Assembly (NCBI RefSeq): GCF_964355755.1
Contig: NC_092670.1
Location: 21,748,795-21,812,794, forward strand
Length of the DNA: 64,000 bases
Source of the DNA: Antedon mediterranea
Taxonomy: Eukaryota; Animalia; Echinodermata
Direction of reading: 5' to 3'
In this document: one piece after another, positions 1 through 12,200 of the stretch
Layout: every line of letters begins with the position of its first letter
Position numbering within the stretch: the first letter of the stretch is position 1
Translations under genes and position numbers: made by a program
The notes under the pieces: generated by a model
Told to the model about the DNA's origin: nothing
Seen by the model: only the letters and a program-made list of their open reading frames with translations
Database searches by the model: none

Positions 1-136
1 ATTGATCTGTCTTTTTGGAAAAACCGTTATGATAAGCCGCAACAAAACGGCGAGTGCCATTTATCCACCAAACAGTCGATATGATGGCAGTACTTTGGCA
101 GTAGGGCCTACTGTATTTTTGACAGAAAAGAATTAC

Positions 137-732
137 CTGACACTGTTCTCCAGTCCACTCTTCGTTGCAAACACAGTTAATCCGTTCGTCGTCTAGGATA
201 CACGTTCCAGCATGCAGACATGGTTGTTGATCACATGACGTATACGGATCGAACTTTAATGCATTACCTAGAAAATCATAATAATTAATGATTACTTATT
301 TGGACCAACCTGGAAAGTATGTATGTAAATCATAACAAATTAAAGTAAGTGTGGTTTCCCAAAGGATGGATATTCTTGATAACGTTTATATAGCGCTATT
401 TCGTGTTCAACAACATTCTAGTACACCGGGGTTTCGTCTCGAAAGATTAATTATGTATAGTGTGAATGCAGGGAACTTACGAACTTCACAACGTATCCCA
501 GTCCATGGCGCTAAGCAGACGCATTCCACTACGTCATTTACAATAACGCAAGAACCTCCGTTCACACAAGTCTCTTCAATGCATATGTACGTGTTCGATG
601 TGAACCCACCTTTAATATTATCCAAACAAATGTGCATTTATTGAAATATATCGTATTACAAATCATATGTTTTACCGGTAAGAAAAAAAGCTATTTTAAA
701 AATGTAAACGATAATGGATAAGATGAGAAAAT
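137..732 (-). CDS. Partial multi-EGF-domain secreted or membrane protein; continues beyond the left edge, start codon exon not located
   Basis: Three phase-compatible GT-AG exons. 732-676 (FLILSIIVYIFKIAFFLT) is hydrophobic and signal-peptide-like. 609-481 (CIEETCVNGGSCVIVNDVVECVCLAPWTGIRCE) and 267-137 (CDQQPCLHAGTCILDDERINCVCNEEWTGEQCQ) each have 6-Cys EGF spacing. Confidence 0.7.
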
Positions 733-2264
733 CTGCGAGAAAAACAATTTTCTGCTTGATAGGCAGACATATGCTATTATTAGACCAGATTCACACCTAC
801 AACACAAATTTAATATGTAAAACGCTGTTACGCACGTATACGTATGCGCCGATACAACTACGTAATCGTGACGCGATTCAGCAAGATTACCACAGACTTG
901 TTCCGAAATTTTACATCGATGTGAATCAGGTAGTACAGCATTGATTTTTATAGTACTGTACGTCCATACTATCCCAGACAATAAAATATTGTAAATAAAT
1001 TACGAATTATTTTTTTTTAATGAGAAAGACCAACCTTGGAACACGGTAAATAACATAAAATTCAAAGCTACCAACGTTGGAACCATCGTCTCAGAAAATA
1101 TTAGGTACAGGTAGAATAGCTTCTACAGTCTCCAAGGCAAAACCAAATACTGTGAACGTACGTAAAACTAACCTGTATACTTTACACACAATTTATGACA
1201 AATACAAAGATTGCAATCAATATTATTATTAGTATTACAATGTCTGTATTTATAATCGCACATTATTGTTATTTAAATGAATCAACACAAAACAATACCA
1301 TTTTATGGCAGTAGAATATTTTAATAAATTTATAAAGCCTAAAGCTCAAGTAAACAAGGCCATTTTTGTGCAACAATACTTATATTTACTCGATACATTT
1401 TTCTTTTTAGCTCTATGCCTGATCAGATTTCCAATTAGTACAAATAGTATGATTATTTAGAGATTCAGCTTCTATTGAGAGAGTATCTTCTATTATCATC
1501 GCTACCATCATCGCTATCATCATTGCTATCATCATCGATCTAAAACAAGATTCACAAGAATAATGTACACACTGTGTTGCAGATATCCAACAGGTAGGAA
1601 TTATACTGCGTGTACTGTTACAAATCTCAGATGTACTAGCGATTGATAATAATAAATTGTCGCTTATCATTGGTGAACTTCCGTGTGCTGCATCTCTAGT
1701 GGAAACCACGCTTTAGAGAGGGCCCTAATAGAAACACACTATTGTACCTAGAATAATTTCTTTATGGTGAAATAAAGTGTGTGCTGAATACTCGTATCGT
1801 ACTATATCATCACTAAATGAAAGCCCCGCTTACAATTCTCATCATCATTACAAATCTCAAGCATTATTATTATTCTAAATTTGAACATCAATAAACAATT
1901 TCACATAATCTAAATTTTTCCCAAAATATATGCGTGGCAATTAGCTGGATCAACTAAAAAATGAAATAGGTATTTAAGTAAAAAAATATATTTAAAATTG
2001 TTCCCTAATTTGGTAGCACAGTAAAACTAAATTATGCATTGATTCCCTTTTCATGGTAATAAGACACTATTGTATTCCCAAATACTTTTAACATCTGGAT
2101 CACTTAATAATGAATTACTTTAAATTGCTACTGATATCTCTTCTTGGAAAAGACTAATTTAGGAACAAATTAAATTACATAACTAAACGAAACGAATTCC
2201 CATAAATTATATTCATCCCAGTAAAAACTATGTACGGTGTATTTCTTCTTGGAAGACACTATTT

Positions 2265-5200
2265 TTAAAGAACATCTTTGCCCGGAAGAGGGAACTTAAC
2301 AGCAAATGTTTCCACCTCGTCCCGCAATGTTGCGATTTTCTTTTGATACGTCTCCGATTCCATAGTTGCTATGAACTCCTTTAGCAGAGGACCAGAAGCA
2401 GCCTTGATTTCCAGTGCAATAGATATGCCTGGAAGAAAACAAACAATTTATTTAATGCTTCTCAATAAATATGAAAACACTCTGAGTGAAGCACTTAAAA
2501 TATTATATCAAGCAAAACTATATTCGGAGAGGAGGGCTCAATAGGTAATATTTTGGTCCATGATAAAAGAATACAGAGGGCATGCTATTTAATATCTCAT
2601 ATAGAAGATACAGGTAAGTCATATTTTAATATAAGCTTTTGTGACGTGAAAATCTATAAGCATGTTCTGTAAGTATATACCTAACAATCAAAACCATATA
2701 GCTATAGTGCTAACAATCAAAGTAAGTACTATACTTAGCAAAATTCTATTTTGCCACGTAAAAACACAAACAATAATATTCATTATAAATAACATAAGAC
2801 AGGGCAATCAAAAAGTGAATTAAATCATGGTCGGGTGTTAAACAGTAACCAAGTTAAATAAAAATGTTGATATTCAATATATGTACATTGTAGGAGCATA
2901 AAACATCAAGACAAATAACTTAAGCGCTGTCTATAAAATGTGACATGCCCAAATACGGTAGTGATAATATGCCCAAACAGGGTAGTGATATGCCCAAATA
3001 TGGCAGTGATATGACATCATCATGTCCATGTATGAGCACATCACATTTTTTGTCGCATAAAGTTTGATGAAGATTGATGTATCCCTTAGTAGATAGGAAT
3101 AATCTTGACAATGATAACCTAAGGGCATGGGTTCAATTCTTGATCTAGTCCATTACCAACATTTCCAAACACCCCCACCCCACCGAGACCCAAATAATTT
3201 TGTTTAAAAAACCCTTACCTTTATCAATGAAATCAACAACTTTTTCAAAGTCTGCTGCCTTGAGATTACGCGACGTCAAAGCCGGCGTACCAAACCTCAA
3301 GCCGCTTGGTCGGAGGGCGCTCTTATCCCCTGGACATGTGTTCTTGTTACAAGCAATTGAGATTTCTTCCAGAACCTTATCTGCTCGGTTTCCATCCAAA
3401 CCCTTCGAGCGAAGATCCAATAAAAGAAGATGAGTATCTGTTCCACCTGCGGAAAGAGAGTTAAAGGTTGAGGTGAAAAAGAATGATTATTCACCATACC
3501 TTGAAGCGAAGCACCGTCGGAACAACAGGCACCACTACCGTGATGCTTGAAGACAGAAAGAACCTTGGATGTTGAGAACTACAAGGCTCGTGCGGCTGAT
3601 CAATTTGGAGGGTGACTCTGACAACTAGTTGCAGGGGAAAGAATGAACTGACAAATGTCTAAAGCTAAAGTCAAATCTATGTGTTGTTAAGTATGCATCC
3701 CATATCATTGGAATTAAGCTTGTTTTAAAAAAGTGATTAAGAAAACACATTCTATATTGCAGGATTCTACTCATCCCATGCATAATGTATTTGAGGTGTT
3801 ACGTAGCGGTAGACGTTACCGATCTATCATCTCTCGTACAAATATGTTTTGTAATAGCTTTTATCCAGCTGCCATTCGGGCACTGAATGCTTGTCAGTAT
3901 ACCGTACGAGAGGAATGTGACACTTTGTAATTGTTTTTGTTTTTCATTTATCTGTATTTGAGCAAACAAAATTTCTATTTTATAATATGCAAATGACAAT
4001 GTATGAATGATTTGTCGTTTTGACTCAAAAGCTGACATTGAATACTGCAGACATACATTAAATGAAACCTATAAAGAATCTTGGGAGAACAACAAAAAAT
4101 CAATATTTACCAGTGACGATATGATAGCCTCTATCCATGAGACATTTGGCCATTACACGGGCATTCTGTATAACCTCTTTGCCGTAAGCTTTGAATGATG
4201 GGTCCATGGTTTGTTTCAATGCCACTGCTACCCCTGCAATAGCATGGTTATGTGGTCCTCCTTGAAGGCCGGGGAACACTGCTTCATTTATGGGTTTCTC
4301 AAGATTGTACATCTCCTCATTTCCATTCTTCAATGTCCTTCGCACTCCTGATAAAGTAAACAATGTGTGAATAAATCAAACCCAGTATGGATTTTTAGCC
4401 TAAACTCGCTTTGAACCAAATCTGGGATTCTATAGCATCCTGCAGCAAATGCTACAATATGATTTGATATGATTATACTGCATTGTACCTATTTAGCAAT
4501 CAATCAGTATGTATTGATTAAATATCAGACCTTGATTTAAAAGGAGCGCCATGGCGCTGACGCTCCTTGGCGCTCCTGAAAACGATCAAAGGAGCGCCTA
4601 AAATAGCGCTCCCCAACCTGTTACAGTGCGTCATAAAAATATATATAATGATAAGAATATTAACCCCGAATACAACACACAGTCTATATATAGTCGCGCA
4701 AACGATCTTTGTTATGGCTACCCCCGATAGGCTAGGCGCGCCTACGATCTTTGATGTTGCGAGAAAAATATCGTAGACAATTCATTCTAAATATAGTATC
4801 AGAACGTTCAATCGGTAGCTCAAAAAGACTGCCGTCAGAAGACCGTAATTATACAGACCTAGTTTTTTTGGTCACATGGCATGAAACGCGATACTCTCTG
4901 CTTTACCGCAACATTTCACATGTTTTTTTTTTAAACTCAGTATGTGAGGGTGGCTGCCGACGATAAACAGTAATTAAGATCGTGTACCTGGATTTTGTGT
5001 CACATGACATGAAACATAATACTCTCTCTGATCTTAATAACTGCTCACATGTTTTCCCCTCCAAATTCTGGTCGGGCCTTTTCTTATACACATGTCGCCT
5101 TTATGTTAAATCTTATAGTAATTAATATGGAATATATATTTATTTTGCATATATTTTGTTGGTGTCCTAGCCTAGGTGTCGTTGTTTTTATAATTCGCCA

Positions 5201-7874
5201 ACCCAAGGTAGGATTAAATAATTTATAGTGTAGGCCGCCGAAACTAGACTAGATAGATAGCCTCGACTCTCTCTCTCTCTCTGCGTGAGCCGAGAGGTCC
5301 ACGGACCCGATGTCGTCTCGTCGGCGGATTTCCATCCAAATTAGGATAACCGATGCGTAGGCCTAGCTAGGGTGGCTACAAAAATTGACGTCTACTATCT
5401 TTAGATAGGATTTTAATTAGCAAACAATACATTGTTTGTTTGCATTGTCCATGCTTCTAAAGGCGATGACAATGGTGTTTACTAACCCTACGAACCACCC
5501 TACGATCGACGCGTAGATAATTATCATAACAATACATCGTAGACTACGTTCAGAGAACAATGACCTACGATGAATTTTACGTGCGAGAGTACCATTTCCG
5601 GCCATCTAGAGGTGTCATTTATCAAAATTCGGCTCGCCACAGGCCCAACCATGGTGGGCCTGTGCCTCGAATACTTAATCAAAATAATGGCTCTCCTCAA
5701 CATATTGAGGAGAGCCATTAGGAGCTCTCCTCTTATATTTATAAATCAAGGTCTGAAATATAAATAAATTAATGTTTCAGGACCTTTCAGCTTTTCAACC
5801 ATACGCCACCTAAAATATACCAACTTTTACTCAATAATAATTCCTTTCATAATAATACAGTATCATAAAACAAAACATAAATTGTTTTAAAAAAATAAAA
5901 TTCTGTGGTCTGTAATCAATACTTACAAAATAAAGCATTAAAAAACATACCTCTTCTGAAAAATATGATTCCAGCTCTTGGACCTCGTAGCGTTTTGTGG
6001 GTTGTACTGGTTACAATGTCACAGTAATCAAATGGGTTTGCAACTAGGCTGGCAGCTACTAGCCCACTGACGTGAGCCATATCGGCAAGCAAGAGGGCGT
6101 TGTTTTCATCTGCAATTTCACGCAATTTCGCATAGTCTAAATTCCTTGAATAGCAGCTGATGCCTAAAATTGTTGTATAAGATGCAAAAATTATATTACA
6201 ATACAAATTTTTTTTTTCAGAAAGATTTTAAGGATAGATGGAGGTCTGATCTGGTCAGAAGTAGTGTTCCAAATCATTGAAGCTGAGCAACAATACCAAA
6301 AGAGGTTAGTAAAGGTAGTTTTCAAATGCAAGGGTCAACGACATGATGCATTTATTAATACATAGTACTGTAGATACATAAATACCATTATGTAAAACAG
6401 GTTATTCTCCAATTAAACATCCTGTAACTTGAATTCTCGCGACCTGTACAGTCTACAACTAACAATCATATAACTCTTAGGCTCTGTCAACACTAACACA
6501 CTTTGAGAAGAAAAAAAACGTGATGTGCCCATATATGGACATGATGACATCACATCACTACCATATTTAGGCACATCACACTAGTTTCATAGTGTAGACA
6601 GAGCTTAACACATAATTTTTCTAGGCAATGTGAAAGGGGTATTAGCTTGAATGAGCCTTATTATTCAAATACATAAAATTCAAACAAAGAGATATAAAAA
6701 GAATAATTTTATGTTAAAAATATTTCTAGACAGCTGTTTACCAACCATCTGGGTAGATTCATAAAATAGTGATCATAAGAATAGTCATATCACAATACTC
6801 TATGTCTAATACCCACCAGCAATAATAAGTTTTGGGTGAAACAACTTGGCATTAACTTGCAACTGCTCGTAATCTATCAGTCCTGTCTGGGGGTCTACCT
6901 TATAAGGCATTGACTCAAAGAAGATGGACGTTGCCGACACTTTCCTTTTATCCGTCATGAAGCCATGTGATAAATGCCCTCCGTCAGGCAAGTCAAGCCC
7001 CATTATGCGGCCATGTGGTTCGACAAGTGCTGTGTACACGGCAAAGTTGGCAGGTGACCCTGAGTAGGGTTGTACATTGACACCCCATTTTTCGGCAGTT
7101 AAGCCAAATGCTTCACGAGCTCGGTTTTGACAGAGTGTTTCAAGTTCATCTATGAATTTAGTTCCTCCATAATATCTGCGAATGAAATAATAGAATTATA
7201 TGAATTAATTTGTGGTGTCGCATCATGAATATAATAACAACAATGATTATGAATTATTATAATTAATAAATAATTTATCATTATAGTTATACAATGATTA
7301 GGTTGTCTTTGATATAAGGTATTGTAGACTGTTAATGATAGGGTTTCCTCTGATTATTTAAGCCTGCCTTGGTTGGGAGTTACAAATTAAACCACAAAAT
7401 AACACCAGGCACACTAGACTTAAACGTTACCTTTTACACTCATCAAAGCCATAGCGGAGGAAAACACACAAGGCACAGATGCTTGAAATATAATTATCAA
7501 TATAAAATAGGACGATCTGGGGAATTGGGGTGGGTATTGAAAATGTTTAATGTTAGACGAGGCGATCGCCTTTTCTGCCTCATGCTGGCTATGGCATTGC
7601 TCATTTGAAGTGTTCAAGGGGGAGGGAGGGGGGGAGGGAGAAGGAATCTCATGATTCATCAATACCTTGTTCCAGGGTATCCCTCAGAATATTTATTATT
7701 AAGACAAGATCCAAGAGCTTCCAGCACAGCTTTACTCGCAAAGTTCTCTGAAGCGATCAGTTCTAGGCCTCTTCGCTGTCTATCTTTTTCTTTTAGTATA
7801 ATGTTGTAAATTTCTGGATCGTTCTGCTCCAATGGCTCATCACCGAACCATGCCTTTGAATCTCCGTTTGCCAT
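2265..7874 (-). CDS. SHMT1: Serine hydroxymethyltransferase, cytosolic type, 469 aa, 6 coding exons
   Basis: Exons 7874-7666, 7175-6817, 6163-5951, 4347-4111, 3446-3219 and 2428-2265 total 1410 nt; all junctions are GT-AG and in frame. Motifs [38 protein letters not shown] lysine motif [21 protein letters not shown] and [12 protein letters not shown] are present. No mitochondrial presequence (starts MANGDSKAW). Confidence 0.96.
2921..3075. repeat. Degenerate copy of the short MITE family also at 6480-6605, with internal ATGCCCAAATATGGTAGTGAT-like repeats
   Basis: Matches the reverse complement of 6515-6580 (catcatcatgtccat...gcacatcac); three tandem gcccaaa..ggtagtgat units. Confidence 0.55.
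3680..4000 (+). mobile_element. Rex1/Babar-like LINE 3' end fragment in an SHMT intron
   Basis: Translation [45 protein letters not shown] matches the characteristic C-terminus of Rex1-clade ORFs (D.SHP...LPSGRRYRS...NSF.P.AI..LN). Confidence 0.75.
4526..5755. mobile_element. Non-autonomous DNA transposon, copy 1 (1230 bp), CAG termini, 6-bp TSD (hAT-like)
   Basis: 14-bp TIR CAGACCTTGATTTA...TAAATCAAGGTCTG flanked by direct repeat AAATAT (4520-4525 and 5756-5761). Near-identical second copy at 29991-31226. No transposase ORF. Confidence 0.92.
6480..6605. mobile_element. Short (about 125 bp) MITE, possibly Harbinger-type
   Basis: TIR GCTCTGTC(A/T)ACACTA...TAGTGTAGACAGAGC flanked by TTA/TAA; related fragments at 2921-3075 and about 52375-52392. 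Confidence 0.65.
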
Positions 7875-8144
7875 TGTTGTGTCAGTTCCACAGATCTGCA
7901 ATAGATTTAAAATGATTTTGTTTAATTTATTATCATTCTTTTTCTTTTATGATTATGTCATGCATGAATAAATATATTTTTAGGCCTAGGCCTAGCCCAT
8001 CACAGGATTAGAGGAGGTGGACTAGCCTAGGCTAGGCCTAGGCTATATTAAGTTAGGTAACTCCATGATGGCCTATCTGTATATCTAGTAGCTAGGACTA
8101 TCCTCTCTCAGTCTCAGGCTCCTACTCCATACCTAAAATCCTAC

Positions 8145-8355
8145 CTCTTTCTGCTCAGTTTTGGCACGTTTCTTCAGTGGAGAAGATGTTGAGTTTATAA
8201 AGTCACCGTAGAATTTGATAACCAGCTGTACTGTGTAGTGGGTGTTTATTCTATTGCATTTATCTGATTGAAATCGTACGTAACGTACCGTGTCACTTCT
8301 CACATTTTCCATGTGTGGCGCGAAAATATTTAACTAAATAGCGCCACCTATCCAA
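8145..8355 (-). promoter_or_regulatory. Probable non-coding first exon and promoter of SHMT
   Basis: An acceptor at 7896/7895 lies 21 nt upstream of the ATG, implying a 5' UTR exon. Donor-like AG|GTAGG at 8145/8144. CpG-richer patch at 8275-8350 with a CTCF-like core AGGTGGCGCT at about 8340-8350. Confidence 0.4.
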
Positions 8356-9255
8356 ATAAATTATCAAAACTTTATTTTGTTTTTCGTTTAAAAATTACTA
8401 TAAATGTAGTGTTAGGCCTAGCTAGTAGTAGGTATCTGTTAAACAACAGCGTCAGGCATTAACACTATAGTTTAAAACTTTATATTAGAAACCATTAAAT
8501 TTAATTACGGTCAATGAGATTAAATAACAAAATTGATTAGTTATACAGGTATGTTAACTGGAGAGATCATGGTATTTCTGTTTTAAATACTATAGTATTG
8601 CCTTGACCATTCGTCGTGTGTAGATTAATACAATAATTATTTATGTAACTGATTTAATCTACGTGTCGTAAGGCCAAATCGTGTTTCGTCCGTGTCGAAA
8701 AAATAATTAGATTAAAGAACCTAAAAAGACAAGACAAAGGAGAACAAACCATTTATGAACAAATGTCTTTAATATATTAATTATAGAAACTAACAAATAC
8801 GATGTAAAAAAGACAATCAATTTATACCTCACAAAGAGGACTATACACTGTACAATCATTGTAATCAATATTATATAGGAAAGGAACAGAATGGCTCAGC
8901 TTTTGGGGCTATCCGGAAAATCTTCAATTGTCTCTTATTCTGTAAAGTTAGTAGTTTAAATGTTAAGACTTTGTATGTTTTAAACGATTTGCCAAATTCA
9001 AATAAATATCTAGCATTTACAACAACAAATGATTTTTTGAAATATAATAACCATATTCATAACTTTTTGTACTATGTTAGCATTATCAATATCTTTTATC
9101 AAAACACCTTGCCTTGGCTAGACCTAGGCCTAAATGATTTTTCCTGCTCGCGCCTACTTGAGCGCCCACCACTTCCTGCTTTAGTAGTAAACAATTCAAC
9201 TGCCAATTTTCCCGCCGTTGTTCAGTATGCAAGTGTTTGTATTAAATAAATACCG

Positions 9256-12200
9256 CTACAAAACGTTACAAGATTTCTTTTTCTCGTTTGGTTTTAAAAG
9301 AATGGCATGTTTCATTGCATCGTAAAATACTTGATTTACTCCCTTCCCTGTGATGGCAGAACATTCAATGTATTCAAGAGCCCCAATTTCTTTCTGCATT
9401 TCTCGTCCCTAAAAAGACAGACAGAATGAACATTATTAATCTTCAAAAAAATGTATAAATCTGTGGATTGTTTCTCCCAAGGGACGTGAATACGTTTGAA
9501 TTTGAATTGAATTTGGATTATTCAAAATACAATTTAAATGTTATTATATACTGTAGGTTTAATTTATCAATAAATAAAAATCGATCAAATATTTATTTAA
9601 TTGAAAATCAACACATTGTTATACAAAATAATGTTTATAAGTTGAATAGGGAAAATATTTTAAAGGGTTTAGTCAACTTCAACGGATGACAATATTTCTT
9701 CTGTCTCACTGAACCGTATAAAAATCACGTGCTAAATCAACCAATCAAGTAGCAATACTTCGGGGTATTAACAAGATTATAGTTCAATGATAATATAGAA
9801 AAAGAAACCTTTGTGGTATAAACATATTCGTGCCCTTTGACCTTTGAGCTTGTATCATCGACCTTGAATAGGATATTTCATAACGTTATAACGATATATT
9901 CCTATATATCTGAAAACTGACCTGTTCTGTTGTTATAGCTTGATATTCGTCAGTGACTTTTGGCGTTCCATCTTCATTTTCTCTTAAGTCCAGCTTGGTT
10001 CCTACCAAGATGATTGGTGTATCAGGACGATGCTTACTTACCTCAGGATACCAAAATTCCCGTACGTTCGTTAATGAAGTTGTATTTGATAAATCGAAAC
10101 AAATCAGAAAAACGTCCTAAAATATATAATAGGAATAGGAACACAAACACAAAGTGTATGCTATAATAAGACCCATATCAACCACCGATCGAAAACAGGG
10201 TACTAATTATTATTTCAAACACATTCAACAGGAAGGTAACTTGCATATTACCAAGAATGATGAACTATATTGTGCTCTAAACTATAAAGCCAGTGCAGTC
10301 TACACTTTATCGAACTTCTGTTTGCAAACTCCGAGATTTCCACTGTTTGGAAACTAGGATCACAAGCATCACATACCACAAATACTGGTTGATTCACAAC
10401 TCTCTTGTCTTGACAAGTTAGTGAAACAGTGTGGTTATGTGAGATTCCGTTTTCGGACTTTTTCTGATGTCTATTTTTTATGCTATTTAGTGGTTTATTT
10501 TACATCAACATTTTCATTTTCACACTTGTGCTAAACAGTGCATGCATAGAGACTATTTGTATTTTGCGCTATATAAATGTAAAACCATTAAACCATCTCA
10601 GCAAAGTGTGTCAAGAATCAAACTCTGAGATTGTCAATGTAGATTCAGGAGTGCAGTAGGCCTCCAGCTAGCCCTTGAATTAACACTGGCACTTTCGGGA
10701 TTGAACCATGGACCTTGGGATGGAAGGCAAGCATGTTAACCAGCGTGACAACTTACAGTGTTTGGGTAGGACAGTGGTCGTAGCCTATCGTAGTCTCCTC
10801 GAGTGCCTGTTGGATCCACTGCATCCATTTCCACATACTTTCCTTCAACATTCATGTCGTGTAAGTAGTTCTTAAACCTGTACATAAACAGAAAGCCTTT
10901 GTAAATTGACTGGGGTAATACTTTATTTGTAATTTGATGTAAAGAACAAATGGGAACAGAACACCGTTTTCTGCTGTGATAATTCAACGTGAATGAAAGG
11001 CTGGCAGCCCAAAAAAGGCTTGCCAGTGAGATTATCATTTGGTAAATGTTTGTGTTCTCAAAAGGCAAAGGGGGAACGGTTAAACCATGGAGGTATACCA
11101 TGGTTAAACCAACCTGACATATTTAGAACAACTTACGGTGGTGGGGCATACGATTCTGGAAACGTTCCTTTGCACTCTCGAATAAAAAGACATGTTTTAC
11201 CAACACCACTGAAAACACAAATGCAATGAAATTGGTGAAATTAGTACAGACGGAGTTTTGATTTAATATTACTGTATTAGTAAAAAGATAAATATTTTGG
11301 CACATATGGCGTTTCATGCGTATATAATACTTTTATGTAGTAAAATCGAGCTTAAAAGCTCGATTTCAGGTTCAGATAAACACCGAAAAGCCTCGAAATA
11401 ACTACAAACTTGGGGCAAGTCTAATTTAGGACGTGCGTAGTTGTTTATAGGCTGTTTACATTATATTATAGGAAGAAGAAAGTAACATTCACAATAATAG
11501 AAAAATCAATTCAATAATGTTGTGATTTGCAGTCAAACTTGCCCCAAGTCAAATCTGTATTTATTGTCTTTTTTAAAGGTTAGTATAGTCAACTTAGTCG
11601 ACGTTTGTTTGTTTTTTTTAATTCGAGCTAAAATATTATACGTATGAAACGCCATCTGCCAAAATATTGATCTTTTCACCAATATTAAGCAGTGCTACCT
11701 GTCTAACACATTATACTTATTAAGTTATGTGGTCAGGCCAACAATTATCGTATCGTAAATGAAACACAATGAAAGGTGTTCTTGTAAACCGACTTGTTGA
11801 CATGATGATCTTGATCGGGATTAACAATGTTGTTATTTTTATTGTTATTGCGGAATAGGAATTAGAGCCTTATATCCGGGATGTAAAGGCCAACTCTAAG
11901 CTTAATGCATTATTTAAATCTGTTATATAACCATGGAGGATCCCTCCATTATAACCATGTACAAGTAAATGGTGGTGATTGTGTTTGATGCATACCTTGT
12001 TAGGCCTATATTATGAAAGTGTATTACTCAAATAAGTAGGCCCTATTATCTGTTGTGCGTGCAGAATCTGTGATAATTGACGAAGGTTTTTGATTAATAA
12101 ATAAAGAAATTGTTGAAAAAATTAAATTTTAATTGTAAGCCTACATATGAAACAAGCATTACAACATTTTAAGACAGAATATTAGTTTTGAAAACAGCTT

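Noticed and set aside
4567-5767. Short ORFs, repeated at 30995-31259, as a duplicated small gene
   Set aside because: They lie inside the two copies of the TIR element and show no protein motifs.
2265-7874. Mitochondrial SHMT2
   Set aside because: No Arg/Ser-rich presequence; the catalytic domain begins within about 10 residues of the ATG. An unseen alternative first exon cannot be excluded.
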